In this document: positions 39,628-50,629 of the stretch, in pieces
Layout: each line of letters opens with the position of its first letter
How positions within the stretch are numbered: position 1 is the first letter of the stretch
Assembly (NCBI GenBank): GCA_965219685.1
Contig: CBDCOH010000002.1
Coordinates: 1,504,001-1,568,000 of the forward strand
DNA from: Candidatus Spongiisociaceae bacterium
GTDB lineage: Bacteria; Actinomycetota; Acidimicrobiia; Spongiisociales; Spongiisociaceae
Direction of reading: 5' to 3'
DNA length: 64,000 nucleotides
The notes under the pieces: model-generated
What the model was told of the DNA's origin: nothing
Database searches by the model: none
What the model saw: the letters and a program-made list of their open reading frames with translations, nothing else
Translations under genes and position numbers: made by a program

Positions 39628-39720
39628 TGGTGAGTGGTGAATGGTGAATGGTGAATAGCTTGCCGAGGTCATCCGTGCGATGGACTTAACCAGCCACCAG
39701 CCACCAGCCACCATTCACCA
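39628..39720. repeat. Inverted pair of heptamer arms: (TGGTGAA)x4 at 39628-39655 and (ACCAGCC)x3+ACCATTC at 39689-39720
   Basis: Read directly; G/T arm starts 1 bp after the mobA stop; ~33 bp spacer. Confidence 0.88.
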
Positions 39721-39764
39721 ACGTCCCCCTTCCCACCGGCGCGGTCTATCGGTACTTTGGACGG

Positions 39765-40316
39765 GTGCTGTGGTTGTCCCGTCCCCCTTACATCCGATGG
39801 ACGCTCATCGGGCTCGTGGTCCTCGTCAGCCTGTGGTTGGAGCTCCGGCCCTCCCCCACCGTGAGCCATCCATTCCTCACACGTGATCTGGGCCGCGGGG
39901 AGTCGGTCGAGGATGCTCTCGAGTGGCGTGAAATCCCGCCCGGCGTGCTGGAAGCCGTCTCCGGTGCCGGATTCACCAACCGCCGCCTTGCCGGTGGCCA
40001 GCCCCTGCTTCCGGGCGACACCACCGATATGTTCATATCCGTCCCGCCCGGATGGTGGCTGGTGGATGTGGCGGTACCCGTTGAGGCAACCGCCGGGACC
40101 CGGGTCCAACTCGTGATCCTGCCCTCGCCCGGGCACCTCCCGGTCCCACCCATCGGCGGGCTGGTGACCGGCGTACGAAGCGGCCCGTACGAGGATGATG
40201 GTCTCATCGGCACCGTGGCCCTGCCTCCCGACCGGGCCGCCACAGCCGCGGTCGCAGTCGCCGAAAAGCGGGTATCCGTGCTGGTGGAGGCCTACGGAGA
40301 GCGCGCGGGCGACTAG
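39765..40316 (+). CDS. SAF-domain (CpaB/FlgA-like) membrane-anchored protein
   Basis: N-terminal TM, TRDLGRGES..., RRLAGGQPLL, VPPGWWLV; usual neighbour of FmdB genes in actinobacteria. Confidence 0.6.
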   Translation: MLWLSRPPYIRWTLIGLVVLVSLWLELRPSPTVSHPFLTRDLGRGESVEDALEWREIPPGVLEAVSGAGFTNRRLAGGQPLLPGDTTDMFISVPPGWWLVDVAVPVEATAGTRVQLVILPSPGHLPVPPIGGLVTGVRSGPYEDDGLIGTVALPPDRAATAAVAVAEKRVSVLVEAYGERAGD

Positions 40317-40325
40317 CTTGAAGCC

Positions 40326-41090
40326 GTGCTGGAAGCGATCGTCTGGGGACTAGTCCAAGGTCTCACCGAGTTCCTACCCGTCTCGTCGAGCGGCCATCTC
40401 CGGGTAGTTCCAGACCTGTTGGGTCTGGAGCCACCGGATCTCGCCACCTCCGCCGTCCTGCACCTCGGAACGCTCGTGGCCGTCCTAGCCTTCTACCGCC
40501 GTGACATCCGCTGGATGGTGGGGGGGATGCGTCACGAAAGGAGCGCCCGGCGGTTGGTCCTCTTAGTCGTGATTGCCACCATCCCGGCGGTGGTAGCCGG
40601 GACGGTCCTCGCCGATCAGGTCGAGCGATTCCGGGAGTCCTCCACGGCGGTGGGTACAGCACTCGTGGCAACCGGCGCCATCCTGCTGGCATCCAGATTC
40701 CTTACGGAGCGCAGCCGGAATGCAGAGGATCTCTCCACCCTTGACTCCGTCGGCTTGGGCGTGGCCCAGGCATTGGCCCTCCTGCCCGGGATCTCGCGGT
40801 CCGGAATGGTGATCACGACCGGGTTGGCTCGGGGCTTGTCGGGTACGCAGGCCGCCCGGTTCGCGTTTCTCATGGCGATCCCGGTGACCCTGGGAGCGGG
40901 AGCCCGGGAAGTACTCACAGTCACCAGTACCGGCGTCCATCTCCCTGAACTTGCGGCCGGAACCCTGGTAGCGGCCGCTTCCGGCTACTGGGCCATTGCG
41001 CTCCTCATCAGGGCCCTGGAGCGTCATGGCATCTGGCCGTTCTCGACCTACTGCTTCCTGGTCGGCGCCATCGCCCTTATCTGGCTCTGA
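40326..41090 (+). CDS. uppP: Undecaprenyl-diphosphate phosphatase
   Basis: GLVQGLTEFLPVSSSGHL, HLGT, PGISRSG, ARFAFLM. Confidence 0.93.
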   Translation: MLEAIVWGLVQGLTEFLPVSSSGHLRVVPDLLGLEPPDLATSAVLHLGTLVAVLAFYRRDIRWMVGGMRHERSARRLVLLVVIATIPAVVAGTVLADQVERFRESSTAVGTALVATGAILLASRFLTERSRNAEDLSTLDSVGLGVAQALALLPGISRSGMVITTGLARGLSGTQAARFAFLMAIPVTLGAGAREVLTVTSTGVHLPELAAGTLVAAASGYWAIALLIRALERHGIWPFSTYCFLVGAIALIWL

Positions 41091-41216
41091 CCGCGACCGA
41101 ATGCAGTCGCTCGGACCGGCAATCGCCGGGCACCGCACCAGATGAGTGGTTCAAGGCATCTGACCGGAAGCGACCGCGCTGTATTAACTAATCCGAGCTA
41201 ACCCTCACCACCCGGT

Positions 41217-41244
41217 TACCAACTACCAACTACCAACTACCAAC
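41217..41244. repeat. Heptamer tract (TACCAAC)x4
   Basis: Four exact copies running into the CTA (TAG stop) of mrp. Confidence 0.9.
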
Positions 41245-42335
41245 TAGCCGATCCGCAGTTCCGGATGGGTCCTGATCCGGGGTCGGGTCGCCACGATCCT
41301 GGCAGCCAGGCGGTCGAACGCCTTCGCCGCCTCGCTTCCAGGAGCCGAGATGGAAACCGGCTCACCCCGGTCCGCCCCGGCCCTCATCTCGGGAAGGATC
41401 GGAACCTGGGCCAGCAACTCCACCTCGTGCTGCTCGGCAAGGGCCGCGCCACCCCCCTCCCCGAAGATGTGGTACCGCTTACCGTCGTCACCGGTGAACC
41501 AGCTCATGTTCTCCACCACGCCGATCAGCTTCTGGTCCACCCGGTCAGCCATCCGGGCCGCCCGGGACGCCACCCTGCGGGCCGTCGGCTGGGGAGTCGT
41601 GACGAGCAGCACCCGCGCCCTCGGCACGAACTGGGAGATCGAGATGGCCACATCGCCGGTTCCCGGCGGCATGTCGATGAGCAGGAAGTCAGGATCGTCC
41701 CAGAAGACATCGGTCAGGAACTGCTCCAGAGCCTTGTGAAGCATCGGCCCCCTCCAGACGACCGCCTGGCCGTCCGGAACGAAGTAGTCGATCGAGATCA
41801 CCGAAACCCCGTAGGCCCGCAGCGGCAGGATGGAGTCGGCGACGACCACGGGGACACCGGCGGCGCCGAGCATCTTCGGAATCGAATAACCCCACACATC
41901 GGCGTCGATCACGCCCACCGATCGGCCCCGCCCTGCCAGGCTGACTGCGAGGTTCGTGGTCACCGAGGACTTGCCCACCCCGCCTTTGCCGGAGGAGACG
42001 GCCACCACGTAGGTCGGCGATCCGGGACCTCCCACCGGACGCTTCTCGCCGCGCACCCCCGCCATCAGCTGCGTACGCTGATCGTCGTTCATCAGTTCGT
42101 GCTCGACCCGAACCGATCGGACACCGTCAACCGAACGCGCCGCCTCCGTCACCGCTTCGATCAACTGATGACCCGGAACCCCGGGGACCGGGATGAGCAG
42201 ACGGACCACCGCGGTGCCCATGCGCTTGATGCGTACCGACTTCAGATAGCCGAGACCACCGAGCGGCCGCTGCAGGATCGGATCCACGGTTCCGGCCAGA
42301 GCGGCTTCCAGCACTTCGTCCCTGGATGGACTCAT
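41244..42335 (-). CDS. mrp: Mrp/NBP35 family ATP-binding protein
   Basis: SGKGGVGKSS, DADVWG, VVWRGPML, DMPPGTGD, VTTPQ, VVENMS. Confidence 0.92.
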   Translation of the reverse strand: MSPSRDEVLEAALAGTVDPILQRPLGGLGYLKSVRIKRMGTAVVRLLIPVPGVPGHQLIEAVTEAARSVDGVRSVRVEHELMNDDQRTQLMAGVRGEKRPVGGPGSPTYVVAVSSGKGGVGKSSVTTNLAVSLAGRGRSVGVIDADVWGYSIPKMLGAAGVPVVVADSILPLRAYGVSVISIDYFVPDGQAVVWRGPMLHKALEQFLTDVFWDDPDFLLIDMPPGTGDVAISISQFVPRARVLLVTTPQPTARRVASRAARMADRVDQKLIGVVENMSWFTGDDGKRYHIFGEGGGAALAEQHEVELLAQVPILPEMRAGADRGEPVSISAPGSEAAKAFDRLAARIVATRPRIRTHPELRIG

Positions 42336-42729
42336 GATCCGCGGAAGTCGGAGGGTTGGTAGGGAAGCGCCTCGCGCATTTAGCTCCTCAACTGGCCGGC
42401 CGCCGTCCATGATAGGGGTTCTGGAACCCCTGGCTCCCGGCCGCCTCAATCAACCGCGACGCGGCGGATGCACCATCCGCGGCCATCATCGTCCGCCGAC
42501 ATGCGGGAAAGTCCGCACCGACGGGTTAGCTGCTTGGTCGGCCTGTGGACCTGCGGCGTGCCATGGGCCGCCATCGACGCCCTGTCACACCGCCTGCCCG
42601 CAGGCATCCCACGGAGGGTTAGCAGGCGCCGGTAGCGTGAACACACCCTAGAATCGGCCGCGCGATCCGGGGGCACGAGCGGCCACCCGGGACTTTCGCG
42701 ACCAACACCGAGACGCCGGACCGGGAACT

Positions 42730-45417
42730 ATGAGCACCAACGCAGACAGCAATCCTTTCGAATCAGCCGCCACCCTCTCAACCCCCTTAGGGGATCGGAC
42801 TGTCTACCGCCTCGACTCGCTGAGGGACCACGGCGACATAGACTCCCTGCCCTACTCGATCAAGGTGCTGCTGGAAGCGGCCCTCCGCAACTGTGACGGC
42901 CACACCGTCACCGAGCAGGATGTCATCTCGCTGGCCTCGTACGACGGGGCCAAGGTAGCCGAGACCGAGATACCCTTCTCGCCCGGTCGGGTGGTCCTGC
43001 AGGACTTCACGGGGGTTCCGGCCATCGTCGACCTTGCCGCGATGCGGGACGCCATAGTGAGAATGACCGGCGTGGTCGGCGACGCGCAGAAGGTGAACCC
43101 ACTGGTGCCCTGCGACCTGGTGATCGACCACTCCGTGCAGGTGGACGCCTTCAACTCGAGCCTCGCGCTGCGCATCAACTCCCGGCGGGAGTTCGAGCGC
43201 AACCAGGAGCGCTACGCCTTCCTCAAGTGGGGCCAGTCGGCGTTCGACAACTTCCGGGTGGTCCCGCCGGCCACCGGGATAGTCCACCAGGTCAACCTGG
43301 AGTACCTGGCCAGGGTGGTCTGGGACAACGGATCGCAGCTGTACCCCGACTCCGTAGTCGGAACCGACTCTCACACCACGATGATCAACGGCCTAGGTGT
43401 CCTCGGATGGGGTGTGGGCGGCATCGAGGCCGAGGCCGCGATGGTGGGTCGCCCGATCTTCATGCTGGTTCCCGAGGTGGTGGGAGTCCGCCTCACCGGC
43501 CGGCTTCCGGAGGGGGCGACCGCAACCGACCTGGTGCTACGCGTGACGGAGATGCTGCGCGAGCATGGTGTGGTGGGCCGCTTCGTCGAGTTCCACGGAC
43601 CGGGTCTCGATGCCATGCCGTTGGCCAATCGCGCCACTATCGCCAACATGGCGCCCGAATACGGCGCCACCTGCGGCTTCTTCCCGGTCGACGCACAGAC
43701 CATCGCCTATCTGGAGTTGACCGGACGCCCGGCGGAGCTCATCGAGACGGTTGAGCGATACGCGAGGCTCCAGGGCTTGTGGCGGGACGACAGCCATCCG
43801 GTGGTGTACTCGTCGCTACTCGAACTCGACATGGGCAGCATCGAGCCCGCGCTGGCCGGACCCCGGCGCCCACAGGACCGGATCGCCCTGTCCGGAATGA
43901 AGGCGCAGTGGCACCGGGACATGCACTCGACCTTCTCCGGACATGGGAGTCCCGGTGGCGCGCCCGGGGTCGAGTCGGATGGCGAGAACTTCGACCTGGT
44001 CGACGGATCCATCGTGATAGCCGCCATCACCAGCTGCACCAACACCTCCAACCCCGAGGTCATGGTGGGGGCCGGGTTGCTGGCCCGCCGGGCGCGGGAG
44101 TTGGGCCTGACCCGCAAGCCATGGGTCAAGACATCGCTGGCCCCCGGTTCGCGAGTGGTCACCGAGTACCTGGACCGGGCCGGCCTGACCGCAGACCTCG
44201 AGGCTCTGGGGTTCTTCAATGTGGGATACGGATGCACCACCTGCATCGGTAACTCGGGTCCGCTCCCCGGGCCGATCGCCCGCGCCATCGAGGACAAGGA
44301 CCTCGTAGTGGCGTCCGTACTGTCGGGAAACCGCAACTTCGAGGGCCGTATTAGCCCGCACATCCGGGCCAACTATCTCGCCTCCCCGCCGCTCGTGGTG
44401 GCCTACGCCCTGGCCGGGACTATCGACATCGACCTAAGTACCGAGCCGCTCGGCCAAGACCAGGAAGGGCGTGACGTCCACCTGCGGGATGTCTGGCCCG
44501 ACCCGTCCGAAGTCGCCGCCATAGTGTCGAGCTCGATCTCTCCCGAACAGTTCACCGAGCAGTACTCGACCGTGTTCGAAGGACCACCCGAGTGGCGCGA
44601 GATCAGCACCGACGCTTCGAGCCTCTACCGATGGGATTCCGAGAGTACGTACATCCAGGAGCCGCCTTTCTTCGACGGGCTGACCACCGATCCGGGAACC
44701 ATCGAGCCCATCGCCAGCGCGCGCGTCCTGGTCAAGGTGGGAGATTCGGTCACCACCGACCACATCTCGCCGGCCGGGGCCATCTCAGCCGACACACCAG
44801 CCGGACGCTATCTGGAGTCGGCGGGGGTCTCACCCCTGATGTTCAACAGCTACGGGTCGCGGCGCGGGAACGACCGGGTCATGGCCCGTGGCACGTTTGC
44901 CAACATCCGCGTGATGAACCACCTGGCGCCGGGTACCGAGGGCGGCTGGACGACCGACTTCACCGACGGGGCGGTCAAGACCATCTATGCCGCGGCGATG
45001 CGCTACCGGGCGGCCGGAGTCCCCACCATCGTGCTGGCGGGCGTCGACTACGGGATGGGATCCAGCCGGGACTGGGCCGCCAAGGGCCCGTTCCTGCTCG
45101 GGGTGAGAGCGGTCATCGCCGAGACCTACGAACGCATCCATCGATCCAACCTCATCGGTATGGGAATCCTCCCCCTGCAGTTCATGCCCGGGGAGGGGGC
45201 CGCGCCGCTCGGTCTCGACGGATCCGAGACCTTCTCGATCGACATCGACGACGGACTACGGCCCCGCCAGGAGGTAGGGGTCGTCGCCTCCCACCCCGGC
45301 GGAACACAAACCTCCTTCACCACGGTGGTACGCATCGATACACCCGTCGAGGTGGACTACTACCGCAACGGCGGGATCCTCCATACCGTGCTCAAGGAAA
45401 TGGCAACCGCGCCGTAG
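42730..45417 (+). CDS. acnA: Aconitate hydratase A
   Basis: [59 protein letters not shown]. Confidence 0.97.
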   Translation: MSTNADSNPFESAATLSTPLGDRTVYRLDSLRDHGDIDSLPYSIKVLLEAALRNCDGHTVTEQDVISLASYDGAKVAETEIPFSPGRVVLQDFTGVPAIVDLAAMRDAIVRMTGVVGDAQKVNPLVPCDLVIDHSVQVDAFNSSLALRINSRREFERNQERYAFLKWGQSAFDNFRVVPPATGIVHQVNLEYLARVVWDNGSQLYPDSVVGTDSHTTMINGLGVLGWGVGGIEAEAAMVGRPIFMLVPEVVGVRLTGRLPEGATATDLVLRVTEMLREHGVVGRFVEFHGPGLDAMPLANRATIANMAPEYGATCGFFPVDAQTIAYLELTGRPAELIETVERYARLQGLWRDDSHPVVYSSLLELDMGSIEPALAGPRRPQDRIALSGMKAQWHRDMHSTFSGHGSPGGAPGVESDGENFDLVDGSIVIAAITSCTNTSNPEVMVGAGLLARRARELGLTRKPWVKTSLAPGSRVVTEYLDRAGLTADLEALGFFNVGYGCTTCIGNSGPLPGPIARAIEDKDLVVASVLSGNRNFEGRISPHIRANYLASPPLVVAYALAGTIDIDLSTEPLGQDQEGRDVHLRDVWPDPSEVAAIVSSSISPEQFTEQYSTVFEGPPEWREISTDASSLYRWDSESTYIQEPPFFDGLTTDPGTIEPIASARVLVKVGDSVTTDHISPAGAISADTPAGRYLESAGVSPLMFNSYGSRRGNDRVMARGTFANIRVMNHLAPGTEGGWTTDFTDGAVKTIYAAAMRYRAAGVPTIVLAGVDYGMGSSRDWAAKGPFLLGVRAVIAETYERIHRSNLIGMGILPLQFMPGEGAAPLGLDGSETFSIDIDDGLRPRQEVGVVASHPGGTQTSFTTVVRIDTPVEVDYYRNGGILHTVLKEMATAP

Positions 45418-45472
45418 GTCGGCCGGCCTGGCGGATCCGACCGTTTAAAGCGTTACGGTAGATGAGCCAATG

Positions 45473-45534
45473 TAATGTTACCCACCGATCATTAACTAGA
45501 AACAATAGGCTACTGACTAAGAACTAGTTATCTA
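45473..45534. repeat. 62-bp AT-rich dispersed element, copy 2
   Basis: 51/62 identity to 6528-6589; ends in the CTA that is the TAG stop of CDS 45532-46350. Confidence 0.85.
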
Positions 45535-46350
45535 CTGCGCCGGCCACTCGTTCAGTTCAAGAGCCGAGATCATCACCCCGCCGGGATCGTGCATGATGAC
45601 GATCCGCCCGTCCGGTACCTCGTCTTCTGCCGGAAGGTCGAACGGTCCTGACATGACGGTTCCTCCAAGCTCGACTGCCTTGGCCGCGGTCTCGGCCACG
45701 TCGGCGGACCCGATGTAGGCATGCCACTGAGGCGCCATACCTTCCATGGGCAGGCCCATCAATCCACCCACCACCCACTCACCGACCTTCAAACCGGAGT
45801 AGGACATGGATCCCATCCCGGGGCCGAAGTCCACCGGTTGCGCGACGAGGCCGAGCGCAGCCCGGTAGAACACCGCCGCCCTATCCGTGTCGGGGACGTA
45901 GAGTTCGACCCACGCGAACGCGCCCGGCTCGTTGACGACCTGCGCGCCCTTGTGGCGCCTGGCCTCCCACAGGCCGCAGGAGGCCCCCTGGTCGTCCATG
46001 ACGAAGGCCATGCGCCCCTCCTCCCTTACGTCGATCGGGCCGACCAGGCCCTTGCCGCCGGCGTCCAGCACCGACCGGTAGGCGGCATCGACCGAGTCCA
46101 CCATGAGGTAGGTATTCCAAGCGCCTCTGAAACCCGCCCCGACCAGCTCTGGGGGTGCCGGCCCGAGACCCGCCACGGCCCGGCCCTCCAGGTGGGCGAT
46201 CGAGTAGGTGAATGCTCCTCCTGGACCTTCCTGGTCTTCCCACGCCCACCCGAACAGGCCGCCGTAGAAAGCCTTGGCGACCTCCGGCTCGGCACAGCTC
46301 AGATCGATCCAGCCCGGCGTTCCGTGCGCGTAGCCATCCCGGAGCGGCAT
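45532..46350 (-). CDS. VOC/glyoxalase family protein (two domains, Cfp32-like)
   Basis: GTPGWIDL, AFYGGLFGW, WNTYLMV, NEPGAFAWVEL, DPGG; RBS aagga before ATG 46350. Confidence 0.88.
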   Translation of the reverse strand: MPLRDGYAHGTPGWIDLSCAEPEVAKAFYGGLFGWAWEDQEGPGGAFTYSIAHLEGRAVAGLGPAPPELVGAGFRGAWNTYLMVDSVDAAYRSVLDAGGKGLVGPIDVREEGRMAFVMDDQGASCGLWEARRHKGAQVVNEPGAFAWVELYVPDTDRAAVFYRAALGLVAQPVDFGPGMGSMSYSGLKVGEWVVGGLMGLPMEGMAPQWHAYIGSADVAETAAKAVELGGTVMSGPFDLPAEDEVPDGRIVIMHDPGGVMISALELNEWPAQ

Positions 46351-46599
46351 TCCCGGTCCTTTCCTTCGCGATCTCGGCGTCTGGGAGTGTATGGCACCCG
46401 GGATGCAATGCCCAAGACAGGTCTGCCTGGAAGGTGGGTGGCCGCAGTGGCGGTGTTCCTCGTAGGGCCCGTCTCGAAGGCTTCGCCCTACGGACACTCG
46501 GGGAGCCGGAACACAGGGACACACAAACCCGGCAGGCGGATCCGGCAGGCCGACCTCCAAGGTGTACCAGTCGATTGCGGGTCTCACTAACCTCCGAAC

Positions 46600-47241
46600 G
46601 TGGAGCGGACACCGGAAGGCTTGAATCCTGGCGACAGCGAGGCATCTTCTCGCACCCGGACTGTGACCGTCACCCTCACGGCCGTCGCCACCCTTGCAGC
46701 CGTGATCGTCGCCGGCCTGCTCGTGCTCTTCCTGGTCGACGGGGAGAGCCCACCGGCGGAGCCACCCCCTGAGGCTGCGGAGCCCGCGATCGATGTGGCG
46801 GGCTTCCCGAGGGGAGCTCTGGCGGGTCAACCCGCTCCCGAGTTCAGTCTCTCGCTCTTCGACGGCTCCGAGTTCGTCCTGTCGGCACACCTCTCGGGGG
46901 ACGGCCGGCCGGTGGTCCTGAACCTGTGGGCAAGCTGGTGTACACCGTGCCGGCGCGAGATCCCCGAGTTCTCAGAGGTTGCGGTTGCCAATCCCGAGGT
47001 CGCCTTCGTGGGTGCGGCGGTCGAGGACGCGCGCGGTCCGGCCGAGGCGTTCGCCGCCCAGGTGGAGGCCGCCTACCCGCTGGGAATCGACGACGTGCTG
47101 ACCGTCAAGAACGGATACCCGTTCGTCGGGCTTCCCGTCACCTACCTGATCGACGCCGACGGCACCGTCTCCCGCCAGATACAGGGCCAGCTGAGCGGCG
47201 CCGCCCTGCAGGCCTTCATCGACCACGACTTCGGTGGTTAG
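46600..47241 (+). CDS. TlpA/ResA family membrane-anchored thiol-disulfide oxidoreductase
   Basis: TM anchor, GQPAPEF, VVLNLWASWCTPC, GLPVTYLID. Confidence 0.9.
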   Translation: MERTPEGLNPGDSEASSRTRTVTVTLTAVATLAAVIVAGLLVLFLVDGESPPAEPPPEAAEPAIDVAGFPRGALAGQPAPEFSLSLFDGSEFVLSAHLSGDGRPVVLNLWASWCTPCRREIPEFSEVAVANPEVAFVGAAVEDARGPAEAFAAQVEAAYPLGIDDVLTVKNGYPFVGLPVTYLIDADGTVSRQIQGQLSGAALQAFIDHDFGG

Positions 47242-47321
47242 CCGGCAGGGCAGTGGCGAGTGAACCTGGAAGCTGACCCCCACCCCTCTCGCACCCAGCA
47301 CCCGACACCTAACCGCCAGCG

Positions 47322-47822
47322 TCACGCGGGGTTCAGGCGGCGGAAGTCCCGCTGCCAGTACAGGAGGGGTCTGGCCGGGTCGTAGCGGACGGCGGTCTCG
47401 ACGTGCCCGATGAAAATCGTGTGGTCCCCCGCCTCCAGCGACTTGACCGTGCTGCACTCGAGACAGGCGTACGAGTGCTCCGGGAGTCGCAGGCCGGCAC
47501 CCTCGTAAGAGGGCGAGACCACCGCCAAACCCGCGAACTTGTCCGGATCCTTCGAGGCGAACCTGGTAGCCACGTCCGCGGTCCCCTCCCGCAGCATATT
47601 GACGGTGAACCCCCCGGCGACGCGCAGGGCGGCGATGCTATGGGACGAGTGGTCGATGCAGATCAGCACCAGCGGGGGGTCGAGCGACACCGACGTGAAG
47701 GCCGAGACGGTGAGCCCGTGGTGGCGCTCGTCCGAGAAACTCGTCACGACGGTGACGCTGGCTGCGAAGTTCGACATGACTTCGCGGAACAGGTCTTGGA
47801 ACCCGCCACGTCTTGTCTGCAC
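47322..47822 (-). CDS. Flavin reductase family protein
   Basis: FREVMSNFAASVTVVT, SVSLDPPLVL, GDHTIFIG, PLLY. Confidence 0.9.
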   Translation of the reverse strand: MQTRRGGFQDLFREVMSNFAASVTVVTSFSDERHHGLTVSAFTSVSLDPPLVLICIDHSSHSIAALRVAGGFTVNMLREGTADVATRFASKDPDKFAGLAVVSPSYEGAGLRLPEHSYACLECSTVKSLEAGDHTIFIGHVETAVRYDPARPLLYWQRDFRRLNPA

Positions 47823-47939
47823 ACCGACTCCCTTCCGGTCCGGCAGGCTAGCCCTGATCCTTCATAAATCGCGGGTTTGGAGAGTGACCGGGTGAGAATG
47901 CCGGTCCCCGGCACCGTCCCGTGATACCGAAGGGCCGGC

Positions 47940-48959
47940 TCAGCCCCGGATGGCAGAAACCACCTGCGCCCAGGCGTCGTCGCCCACCGCGGGCATCGCG
48001 CCCTCCAGCGCGTAGAAGCCGACCCTGTCGAGGAGCCCCTGGTACCGGTGGCGAACCGCTTCGCCGAGGCGGTCGATCGGCGCCTCCACCGCCACCTCGG
48101 CGACCACCTCGTCGGAGACCACATCCGCCATCCGGCCCCACTGACCTCGCTTCGACATCGCGGTCAGCCTCGGACCGAAGTCCCAGCCGTGCACCTCCAG
48201 GACCCGCCGGTAGGCCGGGGTGGAGGCGTAGAAGGCTATCTGCTGCCGCACCTGCGCCCTCATGGTCGCCATCTCGGTCTCATCCCGTCCGGTGATCACG
48301 AAGACCATCGACGCGAGAGTGATACCGGCCGGCGACCTGCCCGCCGCCCGCGCACCCTCGTCCATGGCAGGGAGGGTCACCTGCCGCAGATACCTGACCG
48401 TGTGGAAGGGGTGCACGTGGTAGCCGTCGCACATCTCTCCTGCCAGGTGGGACATGCGGGGGCCCACCCCGGCGACGTACACCGGTATCTCGGGATAATC
48501 GATCGGTCCAGGATCGAAGAACGGTGTCATCAGCGAGAGCGAGTAGAAATCCCCCCGAAAGCGCAACCGGGCACCGTTCTGCCAGGTGTCCCAGATCGCC
48601 TTCAGAGCCCCGATGAACTCCGCGAGGCGCCGGGCGGGCGCGCCCCATGGCATCGAGAACCTCCTCTCCACGTGGGGCTTGATCTGGGTTCCCAGCCCCA
48701 GGAGGAAACGACCCCGGGAGAGGGAGGCCAGATCCCAGGCCGTCTGCGCCACCACCATCGGCGAGCGAGCGAACGCCACCGCTATGGCAGTCCCGAAGTC
48801 CATGCCGCGCCCCGACGGCACAGCCGCCACGATGGGTAGAAACGGTTCGTGCGCGGTATCGGCGGTGAAGACCCCGTCGTAGCCGATCTCCTTGGCCCGG
48901 GCCACTTGACGGGCCACCGCATCGAGCGGCCCGTCGGGAAGGTAGTAGTCGATCTTCAT
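47940..48959 (-). CDS. LLM-class, probably F420-dependent oxidoreductase
   Basis: HEPFLP, TAIAVAFARSPM, GRFLLGLGTQIKPHVERRFSMPW, LMTPFFDPG, FYASTPAY. Confidence 0.88.
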   Translation of the reverse strand: MKIDYYLPDGPLDAVARQVARAKEIGYDGVFTADTAHEPFLPIVAAVPSGRGMDFGTAIAVAFARSPMVVAQTAWDLASLSRGRFLLGLGTQIKPHVERRFSMPWGAPARRLAEFIGALKAIWDTWQNGARLRFRGDFYSLSLMTPFFDPGPIDYPEIPVYVAGVGPRMSHLAGEMCDGYHVHPFHTVRYLRQVTLPAMDEGARAAGRSPAGITLASMVFVITGRDETEMATMRAQVRQQIAFYASTPAYRRVLEVHGWDFGPRLTAMSKRGQWGRMADVVSDEVVAEVAVEAPIDRLGEAVRHRYQGLLDRVGFYALEGAMPAVGDDAWAQVVSAIRG

Positions 48960-49121
48960 GGCCGTCCCTTTTCCCTTGGTCGTCTCGGTGATGACTCGTT
49001 GCCGTCGGGACCGCCTCTTAATTCGTGAAACAGGTAGCATCATGTGGCGGTCGGACAGACCGGGTTCGCAGTTCAGCACGGCCTGTCGGCCAGAAAGCCT
49101 AGGAGGTAGAGGACCACTGTC

Positions 49122-49448
49122 ATGAAACGGCTGCTGAAGGTATTTGCTTTTCTGGGGGGTCTGGGGGCGGTCGGGTGGCTCGTCCGCAGCCGGTTCGTGG
49201 GGATGACCCTGAACCGCGAACCCCAGACACCGGAACCGGCCCCCGAACCGGTACCCGGACCGCGACCGGAGTCCGACCTCCTGCAGATCCCCGGGCTTTC
49301 CCCCGCCGCGGCCGAACTCCTGCAGACCGCCGGTGTGGATGGCGTCGCTCAACTCGCCGACGCGAGCGCCGCTGAACTGGCTACGCGGACCGGACTCGAC
49401 GAAGCGCTGCTCACCTCCTGGATAGACCAAGCCGCAGTTCTGGTCTGA
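49122..49448 (+). CDS. Small membrane-anchored helix-hairpin-helix (DUF4332-like) protein
   Basis: N-terminal TM, Pro/Glu linker, DLLQIPGLSP...L..AGV...QLA...WI.QA. Confidence 0.65.
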   Translation: MKRLLKVFAFLGGLGAVGWLVRSRFVGMTLNREPQTPEPAPEPVPGPRPESDLLQIPGLSPAAAELLQTAGVDGVAQLADASAAELATRTGLDEALLTSWIDQAAVLV

Positions 49449-49551
49449 CCGCCGGGAAACCGCATGCGGTCTTCCTCCGTGTGAGTGTCGGTACTGCGGG
49501 CTCTTCTGGTACTCGACCCAGGTAAGCCGTTGTCACGAACCCGTAAGTGGA

Positions 49552-50538
49552 TCAGTTGACGGCACCGAAGCCGCCTCCGGTGTGCCAGAAGACGATGTGG
49601 TCGTCGGGATCGAAGCGGCCCTTGCGGATCTCGCTCTTCAACCCGTACATGGCCTTGCCGGTGTAGGTGACGTCGAAGAGCAAACCGGTCAGCCGGGTGG
49701 CTTCCACGATGGTCTCCACCAGCTCGTCGGTCGACTTGCCGTAGCCGCCGCAGAGGTAGTCGTCCACGTACTGGAGATCCGGCTGCGGCATTTCGCCCCC
49801 GAAGGTCTCCACGCCGGCCCTCCAGATCCGATTGACCCGGTCGATCAGGTTCTGGGCCGGCTCCGAGATGCAAAGAGCCACGATCGGATTCGTAAACCCG
49901 GTGCGGTCGGCGCCCCAGCCGAAGCCGGACGTGGTGCCGCCCGAAGATCCCGTATGGCATACGGCCGCCACATCAGCGCCGATCACCTCGGGGATCTGGT
50001 CGACAAACTCCCGGAAGCCCAGTGACATGCCCCACATCCCCAGTTCGTCCGATGCACCCTGAGGGATCACCCACGACTTGTGGCCCCGGGCGCCCAACTC
50101 GGCCGCGTCGGCGGCCATGATCTCGTCCCGGTCGGGCCACTGCGCCTCTGAGATGTAGCTGATCTCGGCGCCGGCGAGCGTATCGATCCTCAAGTTGGCC
50201 ACCGAGGCGTCCGGTTCGTTCCCGTCCGGGGTGCGGAGCACCAGCTTCACATCGAGCCCCAACCGGGCACCGGCAAGAGCGGTGGCCCGGCAATGGTTGG
50301 ACTGGTAGGCGCCGCAGGTGATGACGGTGTCGCAACCGGAGTCGATCGCTGCCGCGAGGTGGAACTCCAGCTTGCGCACCTTGTTGCCGGACAGGCCGAA
50401 GCCGGTCAGGTCGTCACGCTTGACCCAGATATGGGGGCCTCCCCAGCTTTCCCGAAGGCGCGGGAAGTACTGGAGGGGGGTGGGTTTGAAGGCGAGCTCT
50501 ACTTGTGGCAGGGGTTGGGTCATGAGGGTGCTGGTCAT
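49552..50538 (-). CDS. D-cysteine desulfhydrase family PLP enzyme
   Basis: KRDDLTG..LSGNKVRKLEF, QSNHCR, SSGGT, DVTYTGKA, FWHTGG. Confidence 0.85.
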   Translation of the reverse strand: MTSTLMTQPLPQVELAFKPTPLQYFPRLRESWGGPHIWVKRDDLTGFGLSGNKVRKLEFHLAAAIDSGCDTVITCGAYQSNHCRATALAGARLGLDVKLVLRTPDGNEPDASVANLRIDTLAGAEISYISEAQWPDRDEIMAADAAELGARGHKSWVIPQGASDELGMWGMSLGFREFVDQIPEVIGADVAAVCHTGSSGGTTSGFGWGADRTGFTNPIVALCISEPAQNLIDRVNRIWRAGVETFGGEMPQPDLQYVDDYLCGGYGKSTDELVETIVEATRLTGLLFDVTYTGKAMYGLKSEIRKGRFDPDDHIVFWHTGGGFGAVN

Positions 50539-50629
50539 GACCGCGATGATACCTGCCGCGCCTCGCAAGAATCCGCATCTGGCCGGCACGGGAGGAATCG
50601 GGCGTCACTACCGGGGCCCTCCGGACGCG

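Noticed and set aside
41244-42335. Mrp lacking the C-terminal CxxC motif as a novelty
   Set aside because: To my knowledge many actinobacterial Mrp proteins also lack it; not distinctive.
47285-47315. Degenerate heptamers (GCACCCA/GCACCCG/ACACCTA) after the flavin reductase stop
   Set aside because: Only ~3 imperfect units; consistent with the polarity rule but too weak to call as a feature.
49552-50538. ACC deaminase call
   Set aside because: It has DVTYTGK rather than the DPVYEGK glutamate diagnostic of true ACC deaminases, so it is kept as D-cysteine desulfhydrase family.
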